DNA of 64,000 nucleotides from NCBI GenBank assembly GCA_029953675.1, contig JAMWBK010000006.1:1488001-1552000 (forward strand), read 5' to 3'. Numbering within the stretch: the stretch's first letter is position 1; every line of letters begins with the position of its first letter. The notes beneath the pieces were generated by a model. It did not search any database, was not told the DNA's origin, and worked only from the letters and a program-made list of their open reading frames with translations. The position numbers were made by a program, and so were the translations under genes. Source of the DNA: Rhodosorus marinus CCMP1338 (lineage: Eukaryota > Plantae > Rhodophyta). Below are positions 57,459 through 64,000 of the stretch, piece by piece.

Positions 57459-57755
57459 CGTCTCCACCTTCCAGCAATGCCCTATGCAAAATTATGCTCG
57501 AGCTGTGCCAAAATCTCTGGAGGTGCAACACCCTTTTGAGCTTAATCGTTATTGCACATCCCGATGGAGCAAGAGTATAAGTACGATGGGTAAACTCGAT
57601 ATTCCCAGGTTAGCTGGAGAGAGAAGATAGAGAAGATAGAGAAGAACAAGATAGAATTGGGATATATTACCTAATTTGGGAGTAATTAGGGTGGAATAAA
57701 ATTCGAAATATGGAATAATTTGAGTAATACCCAGCTGGCAGTTGGAGACGTGAAA
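57454..57755 (+). repeat. 3' LTR (302 bp)
   Basis: Copy of 54190-54494, followed immediately by TSD ATCGG. Confidence 0.93.
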
Positions 57756-59542
57756 ATCGGTTCGGAATTGATCGGTCCCCACCGTTGGCCATTTTCTTAG
57801 TAAAAGCACAAAAACTAAAACATCTAGATCTACGGAGAGGGTTTCTCCTATCTGTTTTGGACCAACTTTTAGAATATTATGGTTAATATCTGTACATCAA
57901 AGGAGTATTCTAGGGTCAAATCTGCCTCGGATATTGTATAAAAAAGTATAAAAAATATAAATAAATGTAAAATTCTCACCACGGTACCACATAAAATTGG
58001 GGTCCCCATCCTTGAGACGGCTGCCATTTGTTGTGTTCAGTCTTCCGGCGTTTAAGACAGGGGGTACACGGTTTCCTTTACCGGACATGAAATCATCCTG
58101 ACTAGTTGATGTTGAGGATTGCTGTATAGGACAGGACAACATACAAGTGTTTGCTGATCGCATGTGCACGCTCAACGGATCTGGTATGCAGTCCGGTATA
58201 GTATTGCCGTCATCGAGCTCAAATACGATGCGTCAACCCTGAAGACCGAATGGGCTGAAAATAGGCTGATTGCCTGGCCAGAGAGCATCCGTTAAGTCGC
58301 TGTAGGTTGGTTTTAACGCGTACGTAACGGCTCCATCTTGACGCGCAAACCCAACTGGTAGGGAAACTACTTCAATACAGCGCGTTGCCGTCGTCGAACT
58401 CGCAAGATATGGATATAGACCTGAAGAGCACGGAATGGATAGAAAACTTAATGATCACCTGACGCTAAGGATATTTGTGCGCGAGATGCACTAAGCGTAC
58501 ATATGCGTTAAGCGCATGGCTGGGTTTGACGACTATAGCGATCCTCAGCGTCAGGAAATCGAGATGTTTTCTATCCATTCCACAACCCAGGTCAGATTCC
58601 TGGAAACTGGAATAGACGCCCGACGGGTCTGATATATAGGCTGCTTTAGCATAGCGTAGTTCGCACTTGCTCAGTATTAAACAATGCAGCAATTGGCGCT
58701 TGTTATGCACAGCACAGATTTCTTCAATAATCTAGACCCAGAACAGTCTTGCTTTAAGACTACGGAAGCTTGCCAGAAAAGCCAGTGCGTGGTGCGAACC
58801 ATTCAGAGACCCCCTTCGGTACGCATCCGGAGCAATTCTCCAGTAGCCTTCCTTCGTGCCGTTGCATGAACCGAGAACTCCCTCCAGATCTCGCGCGGAG
58901 AGGAATCCCGTTTTCCCGTAACCTTACCACCCGCGCTGTTCCCCTCGCCCAAAACGGCTACATCTGAAGCTCCGTTCCCCTAAGCTGTTCCACCTCACTT
59001 CCGATTTCAGTTCCTGGACGCGATGTCCACGGCATGGAATACTAGTTTGAAAACTCAGTAACAGTTGAGGCCGAGCAAACCATTCGCCAATCAGCAGGGT
59101 GCGCAAGATATTTGGGACTCGGAAAACTATGCGAGAGGTTGTCCGAGTACAAACCAAATATCTGAGCATTCCCAAAGCGTTTAATTGACAAGAGCTTTCC
59201 TGAGCTTGAGCGTCTCCCTGCACTCCCGCGTGCGACGATTAACCTCGTCATCCGACCCACAAACGTAGATATTTCGTTCCCATGAGCTGGACTTCGCTTT
59301 CAAGCTCGGTCACTTACTACATGTTGATTCACATTCGCGTCCCGGATGATAAGGTCCAGGTTCGCAGTCAATTGGGAAAGAGGTGCCCTGGATCCAATTC
59401 CGTGATCGGATAAAGGGAGCTGACTTGGACGTTGACAGAACCAAAGTTGAACCAAAGAGGTAATTAGTAGTTGTCCTTGGGCGAGTTTCAGAGTATGCAC
59501 CCACGCTGTCGTGATTCAGCGAGTTCAAGAAGCAACAGATAT

Positions 59543-60210
59543 CTACGAAAAGACTCGCTTAAAAGTTTGCACCGTCCCGAAGCTTTCGTAGTCTGCGTAC
59601 AGCGCAAATCCATAGCACAGAAAGAAGTAAAACTGTAGCGTGTAGAGTATCTGAGCAAAGCGTCAACAGAATCAGTTTCAGAAGCTTTGTGCATGTCATC
59701 GGGCTTCGATTTCGTCTCTGGTAATCAACTCACCCACTTGGCGACTTTCTTAATCTTGAAATCGTGGACGACAAAGAACACCAGCTTGACCAGGTCACCG
59801 AGGAACTGCAACCACATATAGAGACGAAGGTTGGGAGCTGACACAGCACGGCGGCCTTTCAGCAACGCGCGGGCTACGACCACAGCAGAGCTCATCTGGG
59901 GAAGCACAAAGATCATCGATATGATCTCCCGATAGAAAATTCGATCCCCAATGGCCGCAACCATTAAAATTGCAAGGCTAACCAACGCCCAAACTTCGTA
60001 TTTGTACAGAGCAGCACCATAGGGAATCATATTTTCACTGTCCGCCACAGGCGTTTTCGCTGCGTAAATCCATGCCGCAACTTTCAAAAAAGTTTCCAGC
60101 CAACCCAGGAAAGGCCATCGATTCAGCCACCAACCCTCAGGCCGAAGAGGAGATGTCTTCCTAGCAGGAATATACTCTGCAATGAACCCAGAAGCAACAT
60201 AAAAACCCAT
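59543..60210 (-). CDS. Polytopic membrane protein of unknown function, 194 aa; exons 60210-59734 and 59650-59543
   Basis: About five hydrophobic segments; motifs RWPFLGWLETFLK, GDRIFYREIISMIFV, FLGDLVKLVFFVVHDFKIK. Phase-0 intron TGG|gtgagt...ctcag|ATA. Confidence 0.8.
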
Positions 60211-61228
60211 TTCAACCTCCCCAACCTCCCCCCAACACTCAAATCAAACCAAAAAAACCTCGCTCACTAAAACCTAAAAAAAACTCTACAGCTCACCAGA
60301 AAAAACACCACCTCATGCGGGGGGCACAAACGCATACAAAAGTTTCCTAAACCTCTAGCTAAAAGAAAACAGACAGACAGCCCAAATCCCTACGCAGTTT
60401 CATACATTTTCCAGGCCAAGATCGTCCTCAAGATCCTCTTCTTCCTCAACCACTTCCTCCATCCCGCGCCCGATAGAGTGCCAATAAATAAATAAATAAA
60501 TAAAACCTCAACCCCACAGATATCCCAAATCTGGCAAATACCCAACAAGCAAAATAATTATCCATAAATATCCAAATTAAGAATATAACATCCAATAAAA
60601 TTCCCAATAAACATTAGTACAACACAAAAATTCCTATAATCAATTCCTACCTGTCTTTAAAAAAGACAAGTCTTAAACTTAGGCAGTTTTCTGTTTTTAT
60701 TTAGCAGCATTATCTTATTATAGAATCTATTTGTTCTTAATTGAAAAAAACCAGGGAAAATATTGACATATTCCCTAGAATATCTCCCAGATATGATCTG
60801 GGGAGAAAACCTCGTAGTCCTTCTTTTAGGGAGCGTAGCATTTTATGAAATATGATTATTATTTCTCATACGACGATTGATGTGGTTTAGAAAAGAATTT
60901 TGCACAGGATCAAAGGATTTTGTGTCGCTTTTCATGTCATGACGACGACATGTTTTATTAAGAGGGAAATGTCGACGGGAGATTTTTTTCTGTTTTTTGG
61001 GGGAGGCGAATTGTTGCTGAGGTCGTTTTCTATTGAAATGGCTTTTGAGAGGGTTTGGGGTTCACGGAGGAGTTGGGACCTTTGGGAAGGAACAAGAGAA
61101 GGAGTTTAAAATCTGAATGCCTTGGAGTGGTTGACAATTCATACAGTTTCTGTCGTTAAGTTTTGCCTTTCGGGGGAGGAGGAGGAGGCCCATTTTTGAG
61201 TTTTTTTTGAGTATTGGAGGGGTTGGAT

Positions 61229-63084
61229 ATGTCAACTGCGTTCGTTCCGAGCAGTGGCTGGTTTAGACGGCCTAGAGCTTCTGTGGCTCGATGTTCGACT
61301 GCTGGTTCAGAGGATGCTGCTGTTAGATGGAAAAGGGTTAGTGGGAAAAACTCGCGGCCAATTTTCCTAGTGGTCAACGATCGGAATACTGAATTTTTTT
61401 TGTTTTTTCTCACGGCAACTTTTTTTCTTTCTTTTTGCTGGCCTTTCTACGCTTGTGATGTTAAGTTTAACAGTGACTTGAGAAAAACATTCAGGACTCA
61501 AGGATATGCGGCCACAGTGGAAACCGTTCTTGGCAATGACGAGAGCTCCTGTGAGAACTTTAATCAGGTTGTAACGCTCATGGGCAGGGAACAGCTTTCT
61601 GAGCAAGCTCACTCCCTGGCAGAGGAGGCTGCCAGGAGAGGAAAGGCGGACCAGCTCACCTTCCAGCTAGCGATGCGAATCTGTCAAGAACGGCCAGATG
61701 CTCAATCTGCAAAAGCGATCATGGGGGTTGCTCAGTCATTCGAATTCGGAGAAGATCCAAAGCTCGTCAAGGCGTTTCTCAGTAAGTCCCTTCTAACTTG
61801 AGCTAAGTATATCGATAGTGCCTTAAAGCGTTTATCGCATGGCCAAGCCTATGGTTGGCGGAGCCGTCGGTTGACAAAAATGTGCTCATTGGCAAAACAT
61901 CTTGGCCTCTGCGTCTAGATGCCGTGTTCGAGGATGAGGGCATCCAGAGTGCTCAAGAAGAACTCGATTCTCTGGTCCAACGAGGGCTTGGGAAATCCGG
62001 TCTAAATTATGCCGTCGGAACAATGGCCTTACTGTTCTCGGCTACTGACCACTTGAAGGAAGCTGTCAACTTGATAGAAAAGTTTCCAGAGGTTGATCTA
62101 CCTGCACATATTTTTAACACTCTGATAGCGAAAGCGTCACGCTCAAATGATCTTGAAGGGCTTATGGAAACGACATTACAGCTTATGAGGTCCCGCTGCG
62201 TATGTTGGCAGCCGAAGATCTCGCGCTGGAGCACCACGCGCTAATCTTCCGTTTTGGAATCCTTTTGCTTAGGTGAAATCCGACGTCGCCAGCTACAACA
62301 CGTTGCTAAATTCTTTTCACCTTCGGAGGGAATACGAAAAGGTTGAACAGCTCTGGGACCAGATGATACAGCACGGTCCTGAGCCAACCCCAGCGAGCTA
62401 CAATATCATGATAAACTACTACCTGGAAAGGTACGGATGGAGCCAAAGCTCGGGCGTTTTCGAGCAGAGTATGTATAGCTGGCCGGACTCAGCTACTCCT
62501 GTTGTTGCAACTTTACCACACAGGGGCTTGCTTGTAGAAAGTAGGGAGGTGTTTACAGAGATGCAGGACAGAGGAGTCACCCCAGATCGATATACTTTTA
62601 CAGCAATGATCAAAGCGTTTGGTCGGGATAACGAGCCCGAGAGAGCTGTTGAACTACTTCGCGCGATGTCAGGGAGCAGGCTGGGGGCTGACCCAGTGAC
62701 GTACCAGGCAACAATTCACGCCTGCTTGAGCTGCGGAAGAGCTTCCGCAGCTCACGTTATCATGCGCGAGATGCTCGAGAATGGTGAGCGTCGAGGGTAC
62801 CAAAAGCCATCATATCAGAGATGCTGACAGTCAACCAAAAACCTTCCTCCAATCCAGATATTCCTATACGATCGATGATGTGGACGTGGCTGCTTGAAGT
62901 ATACATTGCAAAGTCTGACGAGTTGCGCGCGGTGGAGGTCGCGAAGAAAATGGGCGAGCTTTGCATACTTCCCAAAAGGAGCAACGTCTTGCACATGAAG
63001 AGGGAGATTAACCACCTCGGAGGACTCCAGTCCCTCTCCAGAACACTCGATCGATGGGAAAAAGATACAAGACCAGGCGACTGA
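61229..63084 (+). CDS. Plastid-targeted pentatricopeptide repeat (P-class PPR) protein, multi-exon
   Basis: Transit peptide MSTAFVPSSGWFRRPRASVARCS. PPR units such as ASYNTLLNSFHLRREYEKVEQLWDQMIQHGPEPT, YTFTAMIKAFGRDNEPERAVELLRAMSGSRLGAD and VTYQATIHACLSCGRASAAHVIMREMLEN. Confidence 0.88.
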
Positions 63085-64000
63085 ATTGACTGAACAGAGT
63101 TTCCGCACGTAGCTCCGCTCAGTTTCTCTAGGACCCGTCGAGGCGATCGGAGCCTAGTACCGCTACTAACATCCACTCACACCCAAACTGTTCCAACGGC
63201 AAACGGGGCAAAATACCGTCCTCTTTTTTTACAGAAATGCAACAGACCCAAAACGCACCGGAGCCGCTCCATTCAAAACTACCAATCAAAACAAACGCTT
63301 CTACGTTTCTATTGGTTACTTCATGAAATGATGGACACGTGTAATCCCCTTGTGGACTAAATTCACACCCGTCCCCACTCTAATTATAAGAACTACTTCT
63401 CAAAACTATACCGACGCTAAACCAAATACAAATCCTTCATATGTATCAAACGACATTGATTAAAAGCCTAGAAACAGACCCGCCAAAAAGTCATCATATT
63501 TTACTCCAAAGTTTTACTAAACTTAGAAAATATAGAATCAACCACGCTCCAGACTTGAACCCCGTCGTGAGGGTGCCCGGCAGGGGCTCGTGATAGAGGT
63601 ACTTTTACAAGGAATATAATTCATTAAAAACCCTACCTGGCCCAGTTTTTTTTCCCATAATATTGTCACCAACGATTGCTTGAGTGTCTTCGGTCAATCG
63701 ATCGTTTTCTGAGGTGAGGAAGGAAGTATTGCTTTCTATTGATGGAGAGAGAGTGATGGAATTTTGCTTTTTTTGAAGGATTTTGTGAGGGAGCAAAGGA
63801 ATGCAGTTTTGTGAGGATGGGAAGTGGAGGGAGAGCCCTGGTGGGGAGGACGATAGAGAAGTTGTGAGAGTGAGGTGGGGGCTATTGAAGTCTTTTGGAG
63901 GCTCTTGGTGAGGTTATTAAGTCATTGATTCTGGCTTGGGTTTTGGGCGTTTTGGATTGAGGTGAACAGGTCGTTTTTATATATATATATATTTTTTGAA

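Larger units (their letters stand above)
54190..57755 (+). mobile_element. Non-autonomous, rearranged Ty3/gypsy chromovirus LTR retrotransposon, 3566 bp
   Basis: Near-identical LTRs at 54190-54494 and 57454-57755. TSD ATCGG at 54185-54189 and 57756-57760. PBS-like TGGTCTCATCGC 2 nt after the 5' LTR (9/12 match to the iMet PBS TGGTATCAGAGC). Short purine run before the 3' LTR. Internal RNaseH-integrase-chromodomain ORF; no protease or RT motifs. Confidence 0.93.

Noticed and set aside
57897-58419. Minus-strand frame open for ~170 codons except one TGA (58235-58233), suggesting selenocysteine or readthrough
   Set aside because: No redox motif or SECIS seen; the plus strand is equally protein-like, so the coding strand is unresolved.
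63545-63575. GGTTCAAGTC T-loop-like motif on the minus strand suggesting a tRNA
   Set aside because: The T-stem does not pair and no cloverleaf can be formed. No tRNA, rRNA or snRNA gene was recognised anywhere in the window.

Overview
Eukaryotic nuclear DNA, most likely from a red alga. The evidence is GT-AG introns of about 80-200 nt, red-algal-style transit peptides ([10 protein letters not shown]..., MSTAFVPS...) and AT-rich intergenic DNA; the species cannot be determined from sequence alone. Housekeeping genes, most reconstructed by hand across introns: a membrane-tethered bZIP factor, RPB9, a plastid type-I DnaJ, a HAX1/MLF-like protein, a Ycf20-like protein, RAD23, KU80, a 2OG-Fe(II) oxygenase, an unknown polytopic membrane protein and a plastid PPR protein. 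The main finding is three co-oriented, intronless 3.6-4.5 kb paralogues at 15.1-36.7 kb encoding secreted proteins with a bacterial-type architecture: signal peptide, degenerate thermonuclease (SNase)-like domain, glucose/sorbosone-dehydrogenase (PQQ sGDH-type) beta-propeller with conserved His and RN motifs, two Big_5-type Ig domains, a PKD-like domain with an HC..CHxH motif, and paralogue-specific C-terminal repeats. This is a candidate horizontally acquired, expanded extracellular sugar-oxidation or cell-wall system. The second finding is a 3.57 kb non-autonomous Ty3/gypsy chromovirus (54190-57755) with a 5-bp target-site duplication (TSD), non-canonical TG...AA termini, a gag-to-RNaseH deletion and an internal 303-bp fold-back hairpin. 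Several intron-rich stretches (about 3.6-5.9, 20.9-23.0, 29.4-32.5, 39.3-42.7, 43.4-45.2, 52.7-53.9 and 57.9-59.5 kb) probably hold genes I could not resolve. No database searches were run, so family assignments rest on motif recognition.
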